A stretch of DNA of 58,423 nucleotides, taken from positions 1-58,423 of the forward strand of contig CBFIIS010000003.1 in assembly GCA_965662715.1 (NCBI GenBank). The letters run 5' to 3'. The DNA is from Candidatus Poseidoniaceae archaeon (GTDB lineage Archaea; Thermoplasmatota; Poseidoniia; Poseidoniales; Poseidoniaceae). A program made the translations under genes and the position numbers. Shown here one piece after another: positions 46,618-55,273 of the stretch. Numbering within the stretch: the stretch's first letter is position 1; each line of letters opens with the position of its first letter. The notes under the pieces were generated by a model. It ran no database searches and was not told the DNA's origin. It saw only the letters and a list, made by a program, of their open reading frames with translations.

Positions 46618-47195
46618 AGTCCTTCAACAATGAAGAACAACAAAACGACACAGTGGCAGCTATCGGTATCGGTGCAATGATTGTGTTTATTGCATTGATC
46701 CTTGTTGCAGCAGTTGCAGCAGCAGTGATTATTCAAACCGCAGAACAACTCCAACAAAACGCTCAGAAGACCGGTGAAGACACGGCAGACAACATGGCTG
46801 GAAAAGTCATGATTAACTCCGTCTACGTCGACACCAACGCTGCAGGAGAAGACTACCTTCTCTATGTTCGCTTGGCTCCTGGCAGTGAAGCAACAACAAC
46901 CACGACCATCTCATACCAGGTGTTCTGTGCGAACGGTGTTGCGGAAGGTGTCCTTCTCGCTGCAGATGTCGCTCCAATGACCACTGGTACATTCGGAACA
47001 GCGACCATGGCAGCCTCAACAGGATACATCATGACCATCGATGGAAACAACGGCGGTACAGATTGTAGCCCAGACGCAGTCAACGGCGGAAACCCAATTT
47101 CCACCGCACAATTGTTCATTCACGTTGGAAAGGGCGGTACAACCTACGAGACCCTGACCATCGACAGCAGCACTGCCGGATCAAAAATTGTCTGA
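46614..47195 (+). CDS. flaB: Archaellin (archaeal flagellin) 2
   Basis: Same N-terminal helix as archaellin 1; LAPGSEA; SD GAGGTGA; ATGA overlap. Confidence 0.93.
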   Translation: MKSFNNEEQQNDTVAAIGIGAMIVFIALILVAAVAAAVIIQTAEQLQQNAQKTGEDTADNMAGKVMINSVYVDTNAAGEDYLLYVRLAPGSEATTTTTISYQVFCANGVAEGVLLAADVAPMTTGTFGTATMAASTGYIMTIDGNNGGTDCSPDAVNGGNPISTAQLFIHVGKGGTTYETLTIDSSTAGSKIV

Positions 47196-47248
47196 TGTTC
47201 ATCTAGGGGCACAGCACAGCAATGTGCGCCCTTAGAGGAGGAATTATC

Positions 47249-48082
47249 ATGGCATGGCCATTTGGCAACAGTGCTCAGAAGGACCAAGGGGAAGACGCAT
47301 CACTTACTGAAGATCGGCTCAAAATCATGGCGAACATCGCCATTGAACAAGTCCCCCTTCCTGAAGAAGGAGAACTTGGAGAAGAAGATGCGTGGACCAT
47401 CTCACCCGGCCCCACGAAGGCACGCCTCAACAGCATCGGCAGTGTACCAAGCGTGGCAGCAAGCCTCGCTCCAGCACCAGCCGCACCGGTGAACACCACC
47501 GTCGACACCTCGGGTCTCGAACGTTTGATCAGCAGCCGTCTCGACATGGTCGAGGATGTGCTTCGCATGGTTGAAGTTCGACTCGAGCAACCGTCAGAAG
47601 CAGCAGCTTCGGGCGAATCTGCGGAAGGTGTCGATGTGGAAGACGCAGCACTCAGTGGTGACACTATTGTCACTGCAAGCGGTGAAGTTATTCCAGTCTC
47701 AGGAAACGATCGTCTCAAAGAAGTGGATGAAGCACCATTGGTGGAATTGTACGAAGCACAAGCTCTCGCTGCAAATCCATTCTTGCATGCTCCATCGCGC
47801 GGTGCAACTGCCAACGCAAACAGCGTTGGTGCACCAACTGTCTCCGCCCTCTTGCTCGACCATATGTCGGGCATGGCTGCAGTCAGTTTTACTCAGAAGG
47901 CCATGGCCTCGGGTATGCTAAGCGACGAAGAAGGACGTTCAGTCATGGCAATTGTTCAACTTGCAGAACCAGGTGAAACTGAGGCTGCTCTTGATGACCA
48001 TTTACCACACAAAGAATTGCTCACATTCTCATCGCTCGTCAGTTCATGGCGCAGCGTGAGAACACTCCGAGGTGAAGTCTGA
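47249..48082 (+). CDS. Divergent protein in the FlaC/D/E (ArlCDE) position
   Basis: Sits between the archaellins and flaF; acidic, short coiled coil; C-terminal LDDHLPHKELLTF only weakly recalls FlaD/E; SD GGAGG before ATG 47249. Confidence 0.55.
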   Translation: MAWPFGNSAQKDQGEDASLTEDRLKIMANIAIEQVPLPEEGELGEEDAWTISPGPTKARLNSIGSVPSVAASLAPAPAAPVNTTVDTSGLERLISSRLDMVEDVLRMVEVRLEQPSEAAASGESAEGVDVEDAALSGDTIVTASGEVIPVSGNDRLKEVDEAPLVELYEAQALAANPFLHAPSRGATANANSVGAPTVSALLLDHMSGMAAVSFTQKAMASGMLSDEEGRSVMAIVQLAEPGETEAALDDHLPHKELLTFSSLVSSWRSVRTLRGEV

Positions 48083-48083
48083 G

Positions 48084-48767
48084 ATGGCTGGCTCGGTAGG
48101 TATTGGTGGCCTCATCATTGGGGTCTCATTGTTGGTCGTGTTTTCCATGGCCGTTCAAACAATGTCGTATCAAATGGAAACCTCAATCGAGGTTTTGGAC
48201 GCTGCGGCTGATCCCCTACCAAGTTATGTTATTGCAGATGCATCTCTTCTCGAAGGCGCGATTCTCACTGTATCCGTCACAGGGACCGGTCTTGGTTCAG
48301 GTGTCGTCGATGGAACCCTTGTCGCAAATGGTGGGGTTGGTTTGGGTGGTTTTTCTGCTACTTTTACTGTGTCATCGGGGGAAATAGATACGAATTCCGT
48401 GGTCATCACCAGCCACGGCTCGTACTCAACCCTCCCTACGAGCATTACAGTAAGTGGTCAAGGAACACTAAATCCTGCACCAACATTCACCTTTACTACG
48501 GGCGATATCTTCTATGCTAACCTTACCAACACTGGTGACAAGACAATCAAAACAAACGATGTATGGTTGTTCTTTGATGGCGAGTCGCCAACAAAGTTCA
48601 GTTCAGTCCACCGTGATGGTTGGGCTCAAAATCAGGCCACACCTCCGTTCGCATCAGGAAACTGGTATGTTGGAGAAACGGTTGATTTGATTTTACCAAA
48701 CCCACCAACACTTACCACACGCTTTGCAGCCACATCCGAAGGATTCATTGCTGCAGAGGCGATTTGA
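48084..48767 (+). CDS. flaF: Archaellum accessory protein FlaF (ArlF)
   Basis: N-terminal TM; NLTNTGDKTI...WLFFDG...WYVGET; position before flaG. Confidence 0.75.
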   Translation: MAGSVGIGGLIIGVSLLVVFSMAVQTMSYQMETSIEVLDAAADPLPSYVIADASLLEGAILTVSVTGTGLGSGVVDGTLVANGGVGLGGFSATFTVSSGEIDTNSVVITSHGSYSTLPTSITVSGQGTLNPAPTFTFTTGDIFYANLTNTGDKTIKTNDVWLFFDGESPTKFSSVHRDGWAQNQATPPFASGNWYVGETVDLILPNPPTLTTRFAATSEGFIAAEAI

Positions 48768-48776
48768 GGGATTACT

Positions 48777-49274
48777 ATGGCAGATGGCGGTGCTTCGACT
48801 TTTATTATGCTCATCACAGGGCTTTTGATTTCGAGTTCAGTCAGTGCCTTGTTGATCACTGAATGGTCTTCTACAGCAAAGGTAGCGCAAGTACAGCAAC
48901 GCGGAGTTCAACTCGATTCAGAATTGGATATCGAATTTGCAGGCGACCCTATGATGGTGGATTTTGATGATTCAACATTACCAGAAACAATCACGTTTTA
49001 CATTCAGAACAGTGGGCTGCATTCCATGGATGAATCAAAGATGACCGTCGTGGTTGATGGTAGAGAACCGACGTCTGTTTCTGTCTCATTGGTTGGCACG
49101 CCTACGCCAAGTTCATGGGTTCCAAACGAACTCGCCATGATTGTCCTGGAATATAATCCGGCCTCTGGCTACAGTGATGGCGATGATGTCGCACTGTATG
49201 CCATTGCTACATCTGAAGTGATTGGCGGCCTTTCATCGAGTGCATCGATGAACATCGAGGTGAGACTGTCATGA
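48777..49274 (+). CDS. flaG: Archaellum accessory protein FlaG (ArlG)
   Basis: MADGGASTFIMLITGLLISSSVS; IEFAGDP; FYIQNSG; VVVDG; WVPNE. Confidence 0.85.
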   Translation: MADGGASTFIMLITGLLISSSVSALLITEWSSTAKVAQVQQRGVQLDSELDIEFAGDPMMVDFDDSTLPETITFYIQNSGLHSMDESKMTVVVDGREPTSVSVSLVGTPTPSSWVPNELAMIVLEYNPASGYSDGDDVALYAIATSEVIGGLSSSASMNIEVRLS

Positions 49275-49999
49275 AGGAAGATCCATTTTTGAAAGCTCAC
49301 AAGCCAAAGGAAGATGGTTTCCCCTATGACTTGGAAACAGATTCACTTGCGGATTCGATGGGTCTACGCTTACCAAACCGTTCACTCTATGTGTTGCAAG
49401 GTGCGGTCGGTGGCGGTAAATCACTGATCTCTCAACGTCTTGCCTATGGCATGGTGGAAAACGGGGTCAAGGTCCTCGTCATCACAACAGAACTCACCAC
49501 GCGCGGCTGGATTGAACAAATGGAATCCATTGGTTATGGTGTGACAGATGCAATTCGCGAGGGTACACTGATGGTGTTCTCACGCTTTGGAACGATTGCC
49601 GAATCCCTACCAAATGTTGGGCTTGATGAGTTGCTTGAATCTGAAGCAATTGCCCTTGCCGATGTTGTCATTATCGATGCAGCGAGTTCACTGATGCCTG
49701 ATTCACTTGAGGAGCCCGAGCGCTTTGCTATGATGCAACGATTAAGACGCATTTGTGCCGATGGTCGTTCATTGATGTTATGTGTTGACCCGGAAGAAAT
49801 GGATCACAAGTTGATGCACAGCATGCGTGCTTCTGCTGAAATAGTGCTTGATTTGACCACCAGCATGATCGGTGGAGAGATCAAAAGAAACATTGTTGTC
49901 ACGAGATTTTTGAGGGCTGCTGGACCAGTCCAGACCTCGATTGGATGGCGAGTTGAACCAAGCATGGGCTTCATCGTCGATATTACAGCCGTGAGCTGA
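49271..49999 (+). CDS. flaH: Archaellum RecA/KaiC-like ATP-binding protein FlaH (ArlH)
   Basis: Walker A GAVGGGKS, QRLAYG, ITTELT, QMESIGY, VVIID, WRVEPSMGFIVDI. Confidence 0.92.
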   Translation: MKEDPFLKAHKPKEDGFPYDLETDSLADSMGLRLPNRSLYVLQGAVGGGKSLISQRLAYGMVENGVKVLVITTELTTRGWIEQMESIGYGVTDAIREGTLMVFSRFGTIAESLPNVGLDELLESEAIALADVVIIDAASSLMPDSLEEPERFAMMQRLRRICADGRSLMLCVDPEEMDHKLMHSMRASAEIVLDLTTSMIGGEIKRNIVVTRFLRAAGPVQTSIGWRVEPSMGFIVDITAVS

Positions 50000-50013
50000 T
50001 GGAGGGATTTTGA

Positions 50014-51729
50014 ATGGCCGATGAACCACGCTTTGCCAAAGGGGACCTCAATGGTGTCATGGCAGCTCATCCACACGTTGCTGATTGGGTGCGTGACTTC
50101 GAAGCTCGATATGGGGCTCGCCCAATCTACTATGGTGAATTGGACCGAGATGCCAAAAAAGAACGACCTCTCAATTTGATTTACTTGGCCAAGGAGCCAA
50201 TTTTTGTTCACATTTACGAACCACCTGCTGATGAAGAAGGTGGTGGCCAAGTGTTGTGGTTTGGATTGGAACCACAACTCACTGAAGAAGAAGAAAACAT
50301 TCGTCGGGAATTGACCGAAACCTTACTTCAAGAAGCACCTACTGCTCCATCCTTTACTACTGATAATGAGTTCGAAAATATCCTCCGCCAAATGATTGAG
50401 CGGTACACGGTTCTCGATTCTGAACTTGGGGTGACCCCGCGACGACAAGGTCGTATGTGGGAAATGCTGGGCATGGATGACAAACGGCTCATTGTCAATC
50501 AAGAACAACGAACGCGTCTCGAGTACATCGTCATTCGAGACCTGATTCGTAATGGGCCACTTGAACCTCTGCTCTCCGACGAGATGCTGGAAGATATTCA
50601 CTCCATTGGGCTCAAACACGTCCACATGGATCACAAGGTGTTTGGCATGGTCACCTCAAACATTCGATTTAGGGAACGAGAAATGCTTTCTCGATTCCTT
50701 CGAGCTATGTCGGAACGTATTGGTCGCCCGGTGTCGGATAACAAGCCAATTATTGACGGCGCCCTGCTCGATGGATCCCGTATCAACATCATTTTCTCAG
50801 ACGACGTTTCCATGCTTGGCCCCTCGTTTACGATTCGTAAGTTCGCTGAAGAAACCATTTCCATTACACAATTAATCGCTTGGGGCACCATCTCTTCACA
50901 AGTCGCAGCCTACATCTGGATTTGCCTTGAGTATGGAATGTCTGTACTTGTTTCTGGTGAAACAGCATCAGGTAAGACCACGACCCTTAATGCAATTCTT
51001 CCATTCATCGATCATAACGTCAAGATTTACTCGGCGGAAGACACTCCTGAAGTGAAGGTTCGCCACAAGATTTGGCAACGCCTCGTCACTCGCTCTTCGA
51101 AGAATGAAGAATCTCGCGTCGAAATGTTCGATTTGCTCAAAGCAGCATTGCGTAGCCGCCCACGGTACATCATCATCGGTGAAATTCGTGGTGTTGAAGG
51201 TGCGACCGCTTTCCAGGCCATGCAGACAGGTCACCCTGTAATCGCCACCTTCCACGCCTCTTCAATCGTCAAGATGATCCAGCGGTTTACCGGTGACCCA
51301 ATCAACGTTCCAATTCGTTTCTTCGATAACCTGAATTTTGCAATTTTCCAAGAAGTTGTTGAGGCTCCAGGTGGTGGAATCGCACGACGTGTCACTGGTA
51401 TCGACGAAGTCATCGGCTACAACAAGCACAGCGATGGTGTTCTCACTCGTGGTATGTTCGAGTGGGATCCTGTCAAAGACAAGCATTACTTCCGAGGTAT
51501 GTTCCAGAGCCACTTGCTCGAAAATAAGATTGCTGCAATGGCTGGTTTTGCGAACAAGCGTGATATTTACGATGAGATGCTCAAGCGAGCCGCAGCTCTT
51601 CAGAAAATGGTCGATCGGGACTTAACTCACTACGATGACGTCTTTGATTTGCTTGGGATTTATTACAACAGTGGCTGGGACCACTTCGACCGTGCCATCG
51701 ATTCATGGAAGGGTGTCAACCACGATTGA
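50014..51729 (+). CDS. flaI: Archaellum motor ATPase FlaI (ArlI)
   Basis: DGSRINI, FTIRKF, SGETASGKTTTLNA, EDTPE, ALRSRPRYIIIGEIRG, QAMQTGH, TFHA. Confidence 0.96.
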   Translation: MADEPRFAKGDLNGVMAAHPHVADWVRDFEARYGARPIYYGELDRDAKKERPLNLIYLAKEPIFVHIYEPPADEEGGGQVLWFGLEPQLTEEEENIRRELTETLLQEAPTAPSFTTDNEFENILRQMIERYTVLDSELGVTPRRQGRMWEMLGMDDKRLIVNQEQRTRLEYIVIRDLIRNGPLEPLLSDEMLEDIHSIGLKHVHMDHKVFGMVTSNIRFREREMLSRFLRAMSERIGRPVSDNKPIIDGALLDGSRINIIFSDDVSMLGPSFTIRKFAEETISITQLIAWGTISSQVAAYIWICLEYGMSVLVSGETASGKTTTLNAILPFIDHNVKIYSAEDTPEVKVRHKIWQRLVTRSSKNEESRVEMFDLLKAALRSRPRYIIIGEIRGVEGATAFQAMQTGHPVIATFHASSIVKMIQRFTGDPINVPIRFFDNLNFAIFQEVVEAPGGGIARRVTGIDEVIGYNKHSDGVLTRGMFEWDPVKDKHYFRGMFQSHLLENKIAAMAGFANKRDIYDEMLKRAAALQKMVDRDLTHYDDVFDLLGIYYNSGWDHFDRAIDSWKGVNHD

Positions 51730-51739
51730 GGGATGATGA

Positions 51740-53542
51740 ATGCAGCGAATGTCGATGTGGCAAATCGCGTTGCGGCGACTTGAAATGCCCATTCTTCGAT
51801 TTCTTGCTTTGTTCGTAGGAGGCGCTGCATTTGCGGGCTTTTTCATGTCCATTGTCATCATCCTCCTTACAGGAGGATTGGCGGAAGGCGCCCTCTTTTC
51901 TGGACTGTCTGGTGTCCTTCTTCTTATTCTATTACCAATCCTCTCTGGAGGTGCGGCGATTGTTTTTCCAATCCTCGACGTTCAACGCTCAGCAACCCTC
52001 ATCGAAAAGGAGATGCATATGTTCATCACAAGAATGGGGATTTTATCCCTCGGTGAAGTTGGGGCCCAATCCATCTTCGATATCCTCAAACAGATGAGGG
52101 ACTATGGTGAACTTGCAACGGAAGTTCAGAGGATTGAAACTCTTGTCGATAAATGGCATACTTCCCTGCCCGAAGCCTCTCGTATTGTAGCCCAACAAAG
52201 CCCAAGTCCGTTGTGGGCTGACTTCCTTGATCGCATGGCGTTCTCCATCGAAGCGGGCCAACCAATCGATGAGTTCATGCGCTCAGAGCAAGAGACGATT
52301 GCAGAACAGTATACAACCCTGTATGACACTCGTTTGGAATCCGTTGACACAATGAAGGAGATCTACGTCTCTCTGGTTTCTGCAGGATTGTTTGGTCTTG
52401 TCATCGCTGGTATTCACTTGGTTCTTTTTGAAACCGGTTCGCCAACCGATGCTCCAATAGAAATCGCCAGCCGGTTGCGTTTCTTGCTCTTAGCGGGACT
52501 TCTTTTCACCATCGTTCAGATTGGCGGTGTTGTCGCTTTCAATTCGACGATTCCAGAAGACCCAACGTTTGCACGTGACGAAATGGACACGCCGTTCCGG
52601 ATTAATTTCCTGAGAGCATTGGTTGGTGCCACCGTCATTTCGACATTTTTGTTCATCATCACGGTCATTGTGATTTTAGCATCATGGCAAGAGGTCAGCG
52701 CCCAATGGGACCGCTATGGACTTCTCCTGATCGTTGCGCCCCTCTCCCCAATGTTGATCCCGGCATTCATGGTTGGTCGAGAAGAAGGCCAAGTCCTGCG
52801 ACGAGACGAAACATATCCTGACTTTATCCGCGCTTTAGGTGGTACTGCCCAAGCGCGTTCCGCAGAACCATCGGCCACAATCAAAGCATTGAGGGGTATT
52901 GATTTTGGTGTTCTGGACAATTCCATCGATCGCCTAGAGAAGCGTTTGTCCACACGAATTGACTCGGACCGAGCATGGGATTACTTCACTGCGGATACAA
53001 ATTCAGCAGTAATTTCGAGGTACACTCGAATTTACATCGAGGGTTCACAGTCTTCGGGTCAACCCGCAGCGACAGCAGAAATGGTTTCTCGCTCTGTAGG
53101 TAATCTGCTCTCCTTGCGCCGCCGTCGTGCTCTATCTGCCAATACGATGCGGGGTGTCGCTCTTGGATTACTGATTGCAACCGTGACCAGCCTCAACGTC
53201 ACCATCGCTATTGTTCTCAAGTTAGGCGATTCAATTGCTGGTGTTGCTGAAGGGTTCGTTGATACCGATGTCTCGGCACTTTCACGCTTTGGTTCTGACC
53301 TCGCCCTGCCGGTGATGGAAGATGCATCAGCTGTTGGTGAAAACATCAGGATGTTCAAGATCATTGTCTCCATTCTCATTCTTTTCCAAGTTGCAGCGGT
53401 TTCCATGATTTCCAATCGTCTGAGGGGTGGTGGGAAAACAACTGCTCTTGGCCAAGCCATCCAATTGCTTTGGGTGGCAGGTATCACTTCGTTCCTCACA
53501 TCGATTGTTCTTGAGAGCGCTTCGGGAATCTTCGGAGTCTGA
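51740..53542 (+). CDS. flaJ: Archaellum membrane platform protein FlaJ (ArlJ)
   Basis: Polytopic; MHMFITRM, SPSPLWADFLDRMAF, RRDETYPDFIRALG; follows flaI. Confidence 0.92.
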   Translation: MQRMSMWQIALRRLEMPILRFLALFVGGAAFAGFFMSIVIILLTGGLAEGALFSGLSGVLLLILLPILSGGAAIVFPILDVQRSATLIEKEMHMFITRMGILSLGEVGAQSIFDILKQMRDYGELATEVQRIETLVDKWHTSLPEASRIVAQQSPSPLWADFLDRMAFSIEAGQPIDEFMRSEQETIAEQYTTLYDTRLESVDTMKEIYVSLVSAGLFGLVIAGIHLVLFETGSPTDAPIEIASRLRFLLLAGLLFTIVQIGGVVAFNSTIPEDPTFARDEMDTPFRINFLRALVGATVISTFLFIITVIVILASWQEVSAQWDRYGLLLIVAPLSPMLIPAFMVGREEGQVLRRDETYPDFIRALGGTAQARSAEPSATIKALRGIDFGVLDNSIDRLEKRLSTRIDSDRAWDYFTADTNSAVISRYTRIYIEGSQSSGQPAATAEMVSRSVGNLLSLRRRRALSANTMRGVALGLLIATVTSLNVTIAIVLKLGDSIAGVAEGFVDTDVSALSRFGSDLALPVMEDASAVGENIRMFKIIVSILILFQVAAVSMISNRLRGGGKTTALGQAIQLLWVAGITSFLTSIVLESASGIFGV

Positions 53543-53581
53543 CCTTTTCCAAGCGAAGTACAATAACTTCCATGGTGATGG

Positions 53582-54031
53582 ATGTATATGCAAGCAATAC
53601 CCCCGCCTCCAACTCCAGCCGCCCAGCCAATGCCAGTTTCGCCATATCAACCAGCGAAAGGCTTCGACAAAACCAAGTTGGCTTATTCATTTGAGCGATG
53701 GTTGATGATCGGTATCGTTCTCATTCTGGCTGCAACCCTATTTGCACAAGTCGTAACTATGTGGGGTCCTCCTGACGTCCCAGGGGCTGAAGCAACATTG
53801 GACGATCTATCTGATTATCAATCAGACCTTGATGGCTACAACGATCTCGTGCGTGTCGTCGGCTCAATCGGAACCATGCTACAAACTGTGGGTATGGGTC
53901 TCATTGGATATGCACTTCTTCGAGAATCTCACAGCACAACGAGTGAACATACGGCACTTCGAGTGACTGGTATGATTCTGGGTGTGCTTGTGGTCGCAAA
54001 CTTGGCGGCTCGTAATCTGAACATTCTGTGA
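53582..54031 (+). CDS. Hypothetical membrane protein (3 TM, Pro-rich N-terminus)
   Basis: Fills the gap between flaJ and nth; three hydrophobic segments; start 53582 or 53588. Confidence 0.7.
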   Translation: MYMQAIPPPPTPAAQPMPVSPYQPAKGFDKTKLAYSFERWLMIGIVLILAATLFAQVVTMWGPPDVPGAEATLDDLSDYQSDLDGYNDLVRVVGSIGTMLQTVGMGLIGYALLRESHSTTSEHTALRVTGMILGVLVVANLAARNLNIL

Positions 54032-54682
54032 TCAACGTCGCGCTTCTTCGGCAATTCGCTTTTTGGTCGCCGTCCAAGAACAAATAGGACACGTTGTCAA
54101 ATCGTGATGGCGAGCAGGACAATACTCTCTCCCAAAGAAAATGATTTGCAGGTGGAGTTTGTTCCACAGGTGCTTGGGAAACACTGCCTTGAGGTCACGC
54201 TCTGTTCGCTCGACGGTTGTCCCGTTTGAGAGACCCCAACGGGCAGCGAGACGATGAATGTGGGTGTCGATTGGGAACGCAGGGATGCCAAACGCTTGGG
54301 CAAGGACAACGCCAGCAGTCTTGTGACCTACGCCGGGAAGCGCTTCAAGCGCTTCAAACGAATCGGGTACAACTCCATCATGGCGTTCAACCAAGAGTTC
54401 TGAAAGACGACGGATGTTTTTTGCCTTGGTCGGAGCGAGTCCTACTTGACGAATGTCGTTGAGAATTGTTTCAACCGGAAGTTGAGCCATCAGTTCTGGT
54501 GTATTCGCTTTAGCAAAAAGTGCTGGCGTGACTTGGTTGACCTTCAAGTCGGTCGTTTGAGCGCTCATCAAGACTGCAACAAGCAACTCGAAGGTATTGG
54601 TGTGATCTAGCGGCACTGGTGTTTCTGGATAGAGTTCTTCCAACATGATCACAATGCGCTCTGCTTTTTCTGAACGTTTCAT
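54032..54682 (-). CDS. nth: Endonuclease III
   Basis: LLVAVLMSAQTTD, LPGVGHKTA, PIDTHIHRLA, GREYCPAR...CPIC. Confidence 0.96.
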   Translation of the reverse strand: MKRSEKAERIVIMLEELYPETPVPLDHTNTFELLVAVLMSAQTTDLKVNQVTPALFAKANTPELMAQLPVETILNDIRQVGLAPTKAKNIRRLSELLVERHDGVVPDSFEALEALPGVGHKTAGVVLAQAFGIPAFPIDTHIHRLAARWGLSNGTTVERTERDLKAVFPKHLWNKLHLQIIFFGREYCPARHHDLTTCPICSWTATKKRIAEEARR

Positions 54683-54996
54683 GAATCCCCACCTCGTCGG
54701 TTGAGGATCTCACTGGGAACGGTGTAGCTGTAAGATCTACCTTCAGCCACGCAGTGGACCATATTCTTTTGATGATCGAACTCAAAAGATGAAAATTGAA
54801 TACTGATTTGATGGAGCGGCATCGCCGCATTGACTTCACCATTGGAGGTGATGGAAAATCCAGTGGCCACATGCGGAGGCACGGAATTGAATGTGAGAGC
54901 GTTGGAGGTCGCGTTTGTTTCACCAAGCCCCTCAAAAAAGGATATGAATTCCTCATGCAATTCTTTCCAATTCGCTAAAGGTATGCAAAGAGGCAC
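54679..54996 (-). CDS. Hypothetical protein (105 aa)
   Basis: GTG start behind SD GGTGA; ATGA overlap with nth. Confidence 0.65.
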   Translation of the reverse strand: MPLCIPLANWKELHEEFISFFEGLGETNATSNALTFNSVPPHVATGFSITSNGEVNAAMPLHQISIQFSSFEFDHQKNMVHCVAEGRSYSYTVPSEILNRRGGDS

Positions 54997-55010
54997 GTTG
55001 ATTCACCACA

Positions 55011-55223
55011 TTATGGATCGACTTTGACCGAATATGCTTCACCAGTGGCCCATCCAAAGACAAGTCCAAGGGTGACAGAAAGCAACGGGATGCCGTTACA
55101 CACGATGCTTTCGACAGGTTCGGTCACCGCTTCGCCTCCTGCAATGTACCAAATCACAAAGCCGAGAAGGAGGCCGGGGATGAGCATAACGCCCCCCATG
55201 ATGAGCGTTCTTAGTAGGCGCAT
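55011..55223 (-). CDS. Small 2-TM membrane protein
   Basis: MRLLRTLIMGGVMLIPGLLLGFVIWY...; TTCTTG exactly 23 nt upstream favours ATG 55223 over TTG 55244. Confidence 0.7.
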   Translation of the reverse strand: MRLLRTLIMGGVMLIPGLLLGFVIWYIAGGEAVTEPVESIVCNGIPLLSVTLGLVFGWATGEAYSVKVDP

Positions 55224-55273
55224 GCCACGAGGAAGAGGTGGCAAGTCAAGAAGGTGTGCATCTCAAATGATGT

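Noticed and set aside
46090-46770. Near-duplicate DNA at the 5' ends of the two archaellin genes as a repeat element or recombination cassette
   Set aside because: Ordinary paralogue conservation with many synonymous differences; no recombinase or flanking repeats
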